Source: a virus (taxonomy: Duplodnaviria > Heunggongvirae > Uroviricota > Caudoviricetes). From it: a stretch of 31,357 nucleotides of DNA. Shown one piece after another: positions 1 through 7,384 of the stretch; the first letter of the stretch is position 1; each line of letters opens with the position of its first letter. The stretch is from positions 1 to 31,357 of the IMG/VR virus record IMGVR_UViG_3300032046_004423; one strand, written 5' to 3'. Below the pieces are notes generated by a model. It had not been told where the DNA came from. It was given only the letters and a program-made list of their open reading frames with translations, and did not search any database. Made by a program: the position numbers and the translations under genes.

Positions 1-70
1 TAAGCATCCTTCATAATGAAGGGTAGAAAATAGGTTAGAAAATAATAATTAGTAAGTACACTATAAAGAT

Positions 71-101
71 AAAGAAAAAGCCCAGACATTACTGCCTGGG
101 C
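71..101 (-). terminator. Rho-independent terminator ending the leftward gene run
   Basis: Minus strand reads GCCCAGGCA-GTAA-TGTCTGGGC (9-bp stem with one G-U pair, GNRA loop) followed by TTTTTCTTT. Confidence 0.85.
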
Positions 102-124
102 CTCTTCCTAATACCCGGTGCTAG

Positions 125-226
125 CTATACTACCTCTCCCTCTTCCTCCTCTTCTGTCTCTTCGCTGATGGGTTCAACTGGTATTGGATAGACATTGTTG
201 AGGTAAGGACTGAAGTTAAAACCCAT
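125..226 (-). CDS. Small acidic peptide, 33 aa (MGFNFSPYLNNVYPIPVEPISEETEEEEEGEVV)
   Basis: Translated by hand; fills the gap between the 231..467 ORF and the terminator; weak SD. Confidence 0.4.
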   Translation of the reverse strand: MGFNFSPYLNNVYPIPVEPISEETEEEEEGEVV

Positions 227-230
227 AGCG

Positions 231-467
231 TCAAGACGATTTACCGTTTCTCTTTCTAAGTCCACTCTTTTCCTCCTTTCTTAAACTTTCTAGGGCAGCC
301 TTTAGGGCATTCTCATCCTTGCAACCAAACAGTTTTGCTCGCCCTTCTATAATATCTGCTAGTTCCCCTCGCCTTTCCTTTGGGATTCCTTTTATCATCT
401 GCTTTACTTGGCAGATTTGATACTCCTTGTAGGTTCCTTTCAAAACATTCCTACTATCTAGTATCAT
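231..467 (-). CDS. Hypothetical protein, 78 aa
   Basis: ORF track; TGATG overlap with the upstream gene. Confidence 0.65.
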   Translation of the reverse strand: MILDSRNVLKGTYKEYQICQVKQMIKGIPKERRGELADIIEGRAKLFGCKDENALKAALESLRKEEKSGLRKRNGKSS

Positions 468-739
468 CAGTCACTCCCAAGGATTTTGCTTAGGGCACTT
501 TCGTTGGTAGGCATTTCGCCTGGAAGGTAAAGCATGGGACCACCTCTTACCATCCTTGACTGAACCTTTCCTTCAGCTATCAACCTGTCTACTGTTTCCC
601 TAGCGTTCTTACCAAAGTAATCTTTAAAGGCCACATTGAAGCCTGAGAATACGGCGTGTATTCCTTTGTAGGGACGCTTCCTGAGTGACTTGATAGCTTG
701 AAGGGTGAACTCTTCCTCGGTCAACTTTTTTTCACCCAT
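467..739 (-). CDS. Small conserved protein, possibly winged-helix or nucleic-acid binding, 90 aa
   Basis: AAGGAGG SD; motif LRKRPYKGIHAVFSGFN...VRGGPMLYLP resembles a conserved bacterial hypothetical family (recalled, not searched). Confidence 0.7.
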   Translation of the reverse strand: MGEKKLTEEEFTLQAIKSLRKRPYKGIHAVFSGFNVAFKDYFGKNARETVDRLIAEGKVQSRMVRGGPMLYLPGEMPTNESALSKILGSD

Positions 740-1012
740 TCAACTGCCTCCTTTCTCTTTTATTAGCCTGATTAATGTCTCCCTTCTGATGCTGATGATT
801 GTAGTCCAAAGGTTACTTCTTTTATCCTCAGCCTCTCGGAGCTCTTCTTTCATCTGCTTGTGTTGCTTGAGTAACGCCCTGTAGTAGTCATCCTTTTTTA
901 GGGCTTTACTGAGCTCTCTCTGAAGTCTTAGTCTTGAAGGCCTTTGACTAATCCACCTCTCGAAGGACTGCTTTTTCTCCTCGTCAGTCATCTCTTCAAA
1001 CTTTTTTGCCAT
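740..1012 (-). CDS. Basic helical protein, MAKKFEEMT family, 90 aa
   Basis: AAGGAGG SD; N-terminus nearly identical to 1353..1541. Confidence 0.75.
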   Translation of the reverse strand: MAKKFEEMTDEEKKQSFERWISQRPSRLRLQRELSKALKKDDYYRALLKQHKQMKEELREAEDKRSNLWTTIISIRRETLIRLIKEKGGS

Positions 1013-1262
1013 TAACTGCCTCCTTCCCCTTCTTTAAAGCTTCCCACTCGAGTCTGACTATGTCTTCCAGGGAGAATTTACCTTCCATTAGGAGTTGGAT
1101 TCGTGCTAGGTTTATCCCATTGTGCTCTTTGTAGCAGGAGATATGATGATGCTCAGGGAAGTGGTCAGTTGCTGGAGTTTCTACAATCCTGACTTCACCT
1201 GACTCGATGGGCTTGACGCAGGACTTGCAGATGGCCTTGTTGCCTGTTCTTGCTTCTATCAT
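996..1262 (-). CDS. Stand-alone PARP-type (CCHC) zinc finger protein, 88 aa
   Basis: AAGGAGG SD; EARTGNKAICKSCVKPIESGEVRI...HHHISC matches the zf-PARP pattern A-x-S/T-x-R/K-x-x-CxxC-x3-I-x2-GE-x-RI...HxxC. Confidence 0.65.
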   Translation of the reverse strand: MIEARTGNKAICKSCVKPIESGEVRIVETPATDHFPEHHHISCYKEHNGINLARIQLLMEGKFSLEDIVRLEWEALKKGKEAVNGKKV

Positions 1263-1303
1263 TCAACTATCCTCCTTATTCAATTTTTAAAGTACAGACT
1301 AGA

Positions 1304-1335
1304 AAGGGGGGCATCGTTTTATTGACACCCCCCTT
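1304..1335 (-). terminator. Probable terminator or attenuator hairpin after 1353..1541
   Basis: AAGGGGGGTGTC-AATAAAAC-GATGCCCCCCTT followed by TCT; short U tract suggests partial read-through. Confidence 0.6.
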
Positions 1336-1352
1336 GACCGGGGATTGAACTA

Positions 1353-1541
1353 CTATTTCTTGCCCTTGCCGCCGCCAGCTGCGAGCAACTTATTGTACTC
1401 ATCCTGGTGCGCCTTAATAAGTTGCTGAGTCGCTGTTCTGCGGGCTTTTGACTGACCTCGGCGAGCCGTGCGGTTCCCCATCCACTTTTCGAACGCTTCA
1501 CGTTTCTCTTCCTCAGTCATCTCTTCGAACTTCTTTGCCAC
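1353..1541 (-). CDS. Small Arg/Lys-rich protein, MAKKFEEMT family, 62 aa
   Basis: AAGGAGG SD and GTG start; lies between a consensus promoter and a terminator hairpin. Confidence 0.8.
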   Translation of the reverse strand: MAKKFEEMTEEEKREAFEKWMGNRTARRGQSKARRTATQQLIKAHQDEYNKLLAAGGGKGKK

Positions 1542-1650
1542 TTTTTCCCTCCTTCTTTTTCCCTTCGCCTCTCACCAAAGGTTGTCCTCGCTGTTGGGTC
1601 GACCGAACCCACTTTGTAGTGCTCACCTCCCTATTCGCTTCATTGTCCTA

Positions 1651-1679
1651 ATTGTATCATATCTTAAAGTGACTGTCAA
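1651..1679 (-). promoter_or_regulatory. Sigma70/sigmaA-type promoter with extended -10
   Basis: TTGACA-17 nt-TACAAT with TG at the extended -10 position and an upstream A-tract. Confidence 0.85.
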
Positions 1680-1722
1680 GCTCAACTTCATTATTGTTTT
1701 TATTTACTAATAGGGATGCTAG

Positions 1723-2670
1723 CTATTCATTGACTACATCTTCCTGTCGTGCCCTTCTCTTTGTCTCCCTTGCGACAAACTTTGCATACCACATTTCCCT
1801 TTCCTCATCGCTAAGGTCGTCTACAATGCTGTACTTCTCGCCAGTATCAGGATATTCGGCAGCGACTTCGGCTGCAAACTCGAGGGAGTGAACATAGTTG
1901 CGTCTTTCTTTGGCCTTGGCTAATTTGTCAATGTCGGCATAGGCTACAAACTTGATATAATCGCAGACTTTGCACTTTTCGTAGAAACCAAGTTCACTTG
2001 GAATATCTAGCTTTTCCCAGTTATCAGAACAAGAATGCCCTCTACCTCTCTTTTCTTTCTCATCACAATAATACTCACAGTTGAAGCAGTACCAGTGATT
2101 GCTATTTATACTATAGGGAATTTCGTGCCCGCAGAAAGGACAAATTCTGCTACCAAGCTTTGGTTTAATACTATCTAGTTGTAACCACTCTTCTAAACTT
2201 TCCTTACTATAGTAGGTCATAGTTTCTAGTGGGGGTACTGCTTCCTCACCCTCTTCTACTATATCGTCCTTGTGTAGTAAGTCAAATGAAGTTCGAAGTA
2301 AGTCAAGTAGACCTTCCTCAGTAAGAATTACTAAGTTTGGATTTTGGGAAAAGACATATTTCCACTTTTCTGTACTTATACTATCAAAGTTTTCTAGTTC
2401 AGCCCTAGTTAATAAAATTTCACCCCTGGATTCTTCTTTAGCTTCAGTTACCATAGCCCAAAACTCATCCTCGTCAATGCACTTTACGCCGAGTATCTGA
2501 GCAGTAGTGAATTTACTACCATAGTCTTCCCCAACAACTAAAAAGTCAGTACTCTTATTGACTGAGGAACCGGCAATACCGTCTAGCCTCTCAATAATAG
2601 ATTGAGCTTCTCTCCTGACAATAGAGAGTGCGCCGGTGAACATAAAAGTTTTATCCTTTATCTTGTTCAT
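1723..2670 (-). CDS. BRCT-domain protein (NAD-ligase-type BRCT) with C-terminal Zn ribbons, 315 aa
   Basis: KTFMFTGAL...REAQSIIERLDG...SSVNKSTDFLVVGEDYGSK...AQILGVKCIDEDEF is a typical BRCT; later CPFC/CFNC and HSC/CKVC motifs; no ligase domain. Confidence 0.85.
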   Translation of the reverse strand: MNKIKDKTFMFTGALSIVRREAQSIIERLDGIAGSSVNKSTDFLVVGEDYGSKFTTAQILGVKCIDEDEFWAMVTEAKEESRGEILLTRAELENFDSISTEKWKYVFSQNPNLVILTEEGLLDLLRTSFDLLHKDDIVEEGEEAVPPLETMTYYSKESLEEWLQLDSIKPKLGSRICPFCGHEIPYSINSNHWYCFNCEYYCDEKEKRGRGHSCSDNWEKLDIPSELGFYEKCKVCDYIKFVAYADIDKLAKAKERRNYVHSLEFAAEVAAEYPDTGEKYSIVDDLSDEEREMWYAKFVARETKRRARQEDVVNE

Positions 2671-2905
2671 TACTTTCCCTGTAGAGTTTCATAGGGTCGG
2701 CATCTGGTAGGTTGTATCTCCAACCTTCTGGAGGTTCAGGAGTCTCATCTAATAGTTTTTCTAGCCTTTCTTGGAGGGCCTCAAACTCCCTCATTACCTT
2801 AGTGTAGTGGCTGAGAAAGTTACGAGTAATCCTTACTGTCCTATCTCCATACTTGGATATCTCATAAACATACCATAAGTCTTTATCAAGTCTAACTTTA
2901 ATCAT
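2651..2905 (-). CDS. Hypothetical protein, 84 aa
   Basis: ORF track; co-oriented and overlapping its neighbour. Confidence 0.65.
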   Translation of the reverse strand: MIKVRLDKDLWYVYEISKYGDRTVRITRNFLSHYTKVMREFEALQERLEKLLDETPEPPEGWRYNLPDADPMKLYRESNEQDKG

Positions 2906-2907
2906 CT

Positions 2908-3096
2908 TTAGTAATCCTGTTCATGCCTAAAGTCACTAAGACTTCCATGCTCACCTTGCCAAACTGTTAAGGCTAAGTCCTCAAACTTGGGGAAGTTCTT
3001 TATAAATAGTTTAAAGAGTTCTGCTGAGCAGACGGGACATCTCATATCAGCAGCTAGTAGGATATCTAGTGTTTTTATTGCCTCGGTCCCACTCAT
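2908..3096 (-). CDS. Hypothetical protein with a CPVC motif, 62 aa
   Basis: ORF track; tight packing. Confidence 0.55.
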   Translation of the reverse strand: MSGTEAIKTLDILLAADMRCPVCSAELFKLFIKNFPKFEDLALTVWQGEHGSLSDFRHEQDY

Positions 3097-3097
3097 T

Positions 3098-3316
3098 TTA
3101 CTGTTTACTTAGTAGCTCGGCTGTTTTAGCTTTCATCCAGTTGTATAGTTCTTCTGGCTTACCTATGCTTCCACTGAGTATAAGTGAGTCATGGATTTGA
3201 ACTATTGTAACTCCTAGTTCTTTTGCTTTTTCATATAGTAGAGGTAGGAGTTTATTATCTAAAAGCTCTGCCTGCTTCCACTGTTCCTCAAAATTCTCAA
3301 AACTAGTTTTTGTCAT
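3098..3316 (-). CDS. Hypothetical protein with an IHDS motif (polymerase palm-like fragment?), 72 aa
   Basis: ORF track; GVTIVQIHDSLIL resembles motif C of PolA/T7-RNAP-type palms. Confidence 0.55.
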   Translation of the reverse strand: MTKTSFENFEEQWKQAELLDNKLLPLLYEKAKELGVTIVQIHDSLILSGSIGKPEELYNWMKAKTAELLSKQ

Positions 3317-3341
3317 TCTGCTTTCTTCTTATTTCTTTCTA

Positions 3342-4175
3342 CTACCCCAAATTACCCTCAAAAATTTGAGTTATATAGAGATATCCTACCCAATCATTAC
3401 CTTCTTTGGTAGTAAAGAGGCTTACTCCTACCCCAGTCTTAGTGAATCTGCTATGCAGAATATTATCTCTGTGACCTGGACTTTCCATCCACCCCTTAAC
3501 TGCCCAATTGGTTACTTCCTCTAGAGAAAGGAATCTTCCTGGAATAAATCTTTTATTTGGTGTTCTAGATAAGTTTTCTCCCCTTGTAGTCCCAGGCATC
3601 TGTCCAGCATCAAAGTCTCTTTCCCCAAAGAGCCTTTCGTGCGAGAAGTATCCATGGGATGCCATACTTTGACTATGCTCACTAGCTAAGTTAGTGAGGG
3701 AGGTGTCAAGTACTAGCGGGCTAAGCCCCTGTTTAATTCTTTCTGTATTTACTAGAGTATATACTTGATAGGCTACCTCCTCTATAGAGTAGCTGGGTAC
3801 TACTCCCACTGCAGTAGTTGGTGGAGTGGTCTGTACCCCAGGAGGACTTATAACGGAAGTTTGATTAGTTCCCCAAAGATAAGATACTAAAATAGGGGCG
3901 ATGACTAGAATAGCTAGAACTAAAACTATAGGTAGTAAGGGGCTCTTCCCCCGCTTAGTTATCTTCCTAAAAGGCTCTTTCTTATAGTATTCTATATGGC
4001 TAAACTCAGAGGGAGACTTATCCTTTCGTTTAGACACAAACTTGAGGGGAGGGTCCTGGTTCCCAAAGGAGATAGCATTCTCCTCTTGCCTAAGTTTTCT
4101 TAGTCTTTTCCGAGTGCATTCTACGCAGGTACAAGCTGGCGGGTGCCCAGACCTACTTGCTTCCCTACTATCCAT
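3342..4175 (-). CDS. Membrane-anchored CAP/SCP-domain protein (YkwD-like), 277 aa
   Basis: TM helix LLPIVLVLAILVIAPILVSYLW, P/T-rich linker, then LVNTERIKQGLSPL...HSQSMASHGYFSH...GENL...GWMESPGHRDNIL...GVGV. Confidence 0.9.
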   Translation of the reverse strand: MDSREASRSGHPPACTCVECTRKRLRKLRQEENAISFGNQDPPLKFVSKRKDKSPSEFSHIEYYKKEPFRKITKRGKSPLLPIVLVLAILVIAPILVSYLWGTNQTSVISPPGVQTTPPTTAVGVVPSYSIEEVAYQVYTLVNTERIKQGLSPLVLDTSLTNLASEHSQSMASHGYFSHERLFGERDFDAGQMPGTTRGENLSRTPNKRFIPGRFLSLEEVTNWAVKGWMESPGHRDNILHSRFTKTGVGVSLFTTKEGNDWVGYLYITQIFEGNLG

Positions 4176-5592
4176 CTGTCCGTCTCCTACTTTGCCTTAG
4201 GTCCTCAACTGTCTCCTTCATAATATCCCTATCGTTGAGGAATTCTACACTTAGTTTCTTCTTACCTTCTAGTATCTTGTCAAAACTTTCGTCTATTGTA
4301 TCTTCTATAACTGGAAGTATAACTTGGACAGCATTTTTAGCACCAATACGATGGAGCCTATCCTCTGCTTGGGTATTTACTGCTGGACTCCACCATCTAT
4401 CCATCATGACTAGGTTAGAAGCAGCAGTTAGTGTTATACCTTCACCCATACATTGGGTTGTGCCTAAAGCTAACCTTATGCTATCATCTTCTTGAAATCT
4501 CCTAACCATATCTGCCCTGTCAGTTAGGGAAGTTTCCCCAGTTATACATATGTGAGGGTAGGGCAGTGTAAAGTGGAGGTATTGAATATACTTCTCAAAG
4601 CAGGAATATATTACTATCTTACCATTAGTATCTTCTAATAATTCCTTAAGGAAGTCAGTCTTGGCTGATGGGGCGGTTATTCCTACAATAGTGGGTTCTA
4701 GATTGAGCTGTCTTAGTCTAGTTAGTTGGGCTAGTACTGATGGTGCCCATAAAGGTTCACCACTATCAAGTAGTATCCACAACTCATCCTCCATCTTTTT
4801 ATAAATCTCCCTCTGCTCATCACTCATCTCAAGTAATACCCTCCTATAGTACTTGTCTGGTAGATAGGGCAGTACTTCTTTCTTTGTTCTCCTTATAGTA
4901 AAGGGAGCTGTCTTTTCCCTTAGTATTTCCATATTCTTTACACCGGTTATCTTAATCCCATACCTGGTCTGCCAGAAATAGCAGTAATCCCTGATGAAGC
5001 TCATTCTACCGTATCTATTATAACTATCTGGTTTTACCATACAGAGTAGAGTATGAAGATCAGCTGGATTATTTACTATGGGACTACCAGTTAGAATTAA
5101 AACTCTACTATCCTTGTGGTGGGATAGGAACTCGAACATTCCCTTAGCTTGGGAAGTCTGTTGGTTCCTTAGTCTATGACCTTCATCCATTATGATTAGG
5201 TCAAAGGGATACTCATTGAGTATTTCTCTATGCCTCTGTGTCCTAAGGGTCTCGTAGTTAACGATGAAGAATGGATTGTAGCTATCCTTACCTAACATAT
5301 CATAGAAAAGTGGTTCTAATCTCCTATAGTAGGAACCCCTACCTCTTACTGCTGCGTCAATACCTGTCCAGTCTCTGATTTGTCTAACCCATTCTAGCTG
5401 TAGTGAGTTAGGGCAAGCAATTAGGGTTTTGCGGTAACCTCCTAGCATAGCTAGACCAATAGCTACGGGAGTTTTACCTGTGCCCATCTCACTTAACAGG
5501 AGGTATGACTCCTCAGTCTTTAATAGTCTATCTAAGTCTTCTTTTTGAAATGGAAATAGAGATTCCGGGAGTTTAAACCTATGCTCGTTCAA
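4168..5592 (-). CDS. SNF2-family (SF2) helicase/translocase, 474 aa
   Basis: Walker A EMGTGKT, DEGH box, LTGSP, GEGITLTAAS and QAEDRLHRIG motifs in the correct order. Confidence 0.92.
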   Translation of the reverse strand: MNEHRFKLPESLFPFQKEDLDRLLKTEESYLLLSEMGTGKTPVAIGLAMLGGYRKTLIACPNSLQLEWVRQIRDWTGIDAAVRGRGSYYRRLEPLFYDMLGKDSYNPFFIVNYETLRTQRHREILNEYPFDLIIMDEGHRLRNQQTSQAKGMFEFLSHHKDSRVLILTGSPIVNNPADLHTLLCMVKPDSYNRYGRMSFIRDYCYFWQTRYGIKITGVKNMEILREKTAPFTIRRTKKEVLPYLPDKYYRRVLLEMSDEQREIYKKMEDELWILLDSGEPLWAPSVLAQLTRLRQLNLEPTIVGITAPSAKTDFLKELLEDTNGKIVIYSCFEKYIQYLHFTLPYPHICITGETSLTDRADMVRRFQEDDSIRLALGTTQCMGEGITLTAASNLVMMDRWWSPAVNTQAEDRLHRIGAKNAVQVILPVIEDTIDESFDKILEGKKKLSVEFLNDRDIMKETVEDLRQSRRRTDG

Positions 5593-5827
5593 AGTTGAGT
5601 ATCCTCCTACTAAAATTTTTGTCTAGGAGCTCGTCATACCATACTACTAAGCAGTCATACCCTTGCTTTCTATAGTAGTTGATTACTTCCTCATCGTCGC
5701 CAAGCTCCTTGGTATGCCACTGATAGCCAAAGTACTCAATAAGCTTTTTCTTGCTAGTATGGATAAAGTCAGGTATCTTTCTACCTATCCTTGCCCCGGT
5801 GGAGTTATACTCCCAGCAGCCCGGCAT
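5579..5827 (-). CDS. Vsr/DUF559-like endonuclease domain, probably N-terminally truncated, 82 aa
   Basis: KIPDF...IEYFGYQWH...GYDCLVVWYDEL pattern; no SD, and an in-frame TAG four codons upstream of the ATG. Confidence 0.7.
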   Translation of the reverse strand: MPGCWEYNSTGARIGRKIPDFIHTSKKKLIEYFGYQWHTKELGDDEEVINYYRKQGYDCLVVWYDELLDKNFSRRILNFERA

Positions 5828-6129
5828 GCTTTCTAGCTAGACCATCAGCTATCTTTAACCATTGAACGCAGGAGGTTGATAGATAGAGAACTGGTTTCTC
5901 ATCCAGTATAGAGTGTAGAATGGTTATGCATCCTATCCTATAGTTGTAGCTAGCACTACGGAGAGGGCATCCCCCACATTCCGGATAGCTATAGCAAATG
6001 CAAGGTTTCTTAATTATTAGCTGATCTAGTCCTTCTTCAACGTTTTCTAGATTAAATCTTTTCTCTAAAATATTCCAGTCCCCTCTCGTTTAATCCTACA
6101 GTGAATCCACTAATTTTTGCTAGTCTCAT
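5805..6129 (-). pseudogene. Cys-rich hypothetical gene with an apparent +1 frameshift near 6080-6083
   Basis: ATG at 6129 (GGAGG SD, ATGA overlap) stops after 25 aa; removing one G from GAGAGGGGAC joins it to an open frame ...ERDWNILEKRFNLE...KPCICYSYPECGGCPL...WLKIADGLARK ending at TAA 5805. Confidence 0.6.
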
Positions 6130-6800
6130 CTAGCCTCCTGGGTAAATATTTCTAATGGCTTTGCATCCAAACCCATTTCCTTAGCCAATGACTGACAGTT
6201 GGAACATACCCAGACGAGAGTGTTAATAAAAGGAGTAGGCTTCACTGTAGCGTGAGGCATCTCAGTAACAAACTCGAGACGCTCTTCTAAGGAAGCATCG
6301 GGTGATAGTAGCTGCTTCCCGCAGAGGTAACATTTATCCCTAAGATTATCTAGCTCCTTAGATACCTCTTGCCATCTTGACAGTAAAGTCTTAACCTTTC
6401 CAGCCAGTACCTCATAGCTGTCGTCCATTAACCACTGACCATTAACTATCTCCTCTATAGCGAGGTCAGAATATCTGCGCTTGAGTACTGGACTTTCTAG
6501 TATCACTTTAAGATTAGCAATGTAAAGAATTTCCTCATCTTCTACCTCACCCCTGCATTGTTTGTCTATTAAATCTTGTCGTGTAGCAAAGACTGCTTGA
6601 ATTGAGAGCCAGCCTTCTACCATACGTTGAGCTATAACCTCTAAGGAAACAGAGTTCTTCTCAAGCTTGGGCAAGTTTAGCTCAATCGTTGGTCTCTGGT
6701 TCTTAAGGTCATCTCCCTGGGCTGCATCCCACTGACTGTGCTTGAGGATATCCTTATCTCCCCAGACTATTGTTGTTACTTTAACATTAGGAAGAAACAT
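6126..6800 (-). CDS. Hypothetical protein with C-terminal Zn motif (CYLC...CSNC), 224 aa
   Basis: ORF track. Confidence 0.75.
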   Translation of the reverse strand: MFLPNVKVTTIVWGDKDILKHSQWDAAQGDDLKNQRPTIELNLPKLEKNSVSLEVIAQRMVEGWLSIQAVFATRQDLIDKQCRGEVEDEEILYIANLKVILESPVLKRRYSDLAIEEIVNGQWLMDDSYEVLAGKVKTLLSRWQEVSKELDNLRDKCYLCGKQLLSPDASLEERLEFVTEMPHATVKPTPFINTLVWVCSNCQSLAKEMGLDAKPLEIFTQEAR

Positions 6801-6802
6801 AA

Positions 6803-6973
6803 TTATACCTTCTTCATACTTAGCAGAAAAGAATGGATTTTCTCTACCTGAATTCTAGCCTCTTTGTCATCTGAATACAACCAGTCTATGTTTTGACTAC
6901 TGAGCTCTATTACTTGGGCAACAGGTCTATCATCTATTGGTGAAAAAGGATTAAGAAAACTAAGCCAACTCAT
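6803..6973 (-). CDS. Hypothetical protein, 56 aa (MSWLSFLNPF...SMKKV)
   Basis: Translated by hand; GAGGAGG SD; fills the gap; homologous to the C-terminus of 5805..6129. Confidence 0.65.
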   Translation of the reverse strand: MSWLSFLNPFSPIDDRPVAQVIELSSQNIDWLYSDDKEARIQVEKIHSFLLSMKKV

Positions 6974-7371
6974 TCTTCCTCCTCTTTATCTTTATTATCT
7001 GAAATTCCCTTTTCTTTCAGGAAAGCTTGACCTTCTTGGGATTTCCATATATCCTTGCCACCCCAAAAACTGCGGGTGAACTCAACTACTTCTTTTATAC
7101 CTGTCTTTTGACTATCAAATTTAAGACAGGGAATAATACGGTTTAATTGCTGGGCTTGCTCAATTGTTATCCCATTTTGGGAACAGGATTTAATCCATTT
7201 TGTTTTCTCCTCAACTTCTCCTGCGGGGAAAGAGATAATAGCTTGGTTTTCTGCTGTTATTAGTGCTATATATGCTTCTCTATCAGCACTTAACTGCGAG
7301 TCTAATTTTCTAACTTTATCCCTTATAGCCTTTAATTCCTCGGGCTTCAGTATTGTATCTTTAGGGTCCAC
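6970..7371 (-). CDS. Hypothetical phage protein, 133 aa
   Basis: GGAGG SD and GTG start; KTGIKEVVE...W motif shared with 21175..21453. Confidence 0.7.
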   Translation of the reverse strand: MDPKDTILKPEELKAIRDKVRKLDSQLSADREAYIALITAENQAIISFPAGEVEEKTKWIKSCSQNGITIEQAQQLNRIIPCLKFDSQKTGIKEVVEFTRSFWGGKDIWKSQEGQAFLKEKGISDNKDKEEEE

Positions 7372-7384
7372 TATTTACCTCCAT

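Noticed and set aside
1319-1501. Alternative-frame minus ORF, and the minus ORF 28904..29098
   Set aside because: Fully overlap better-supported SD-led genes
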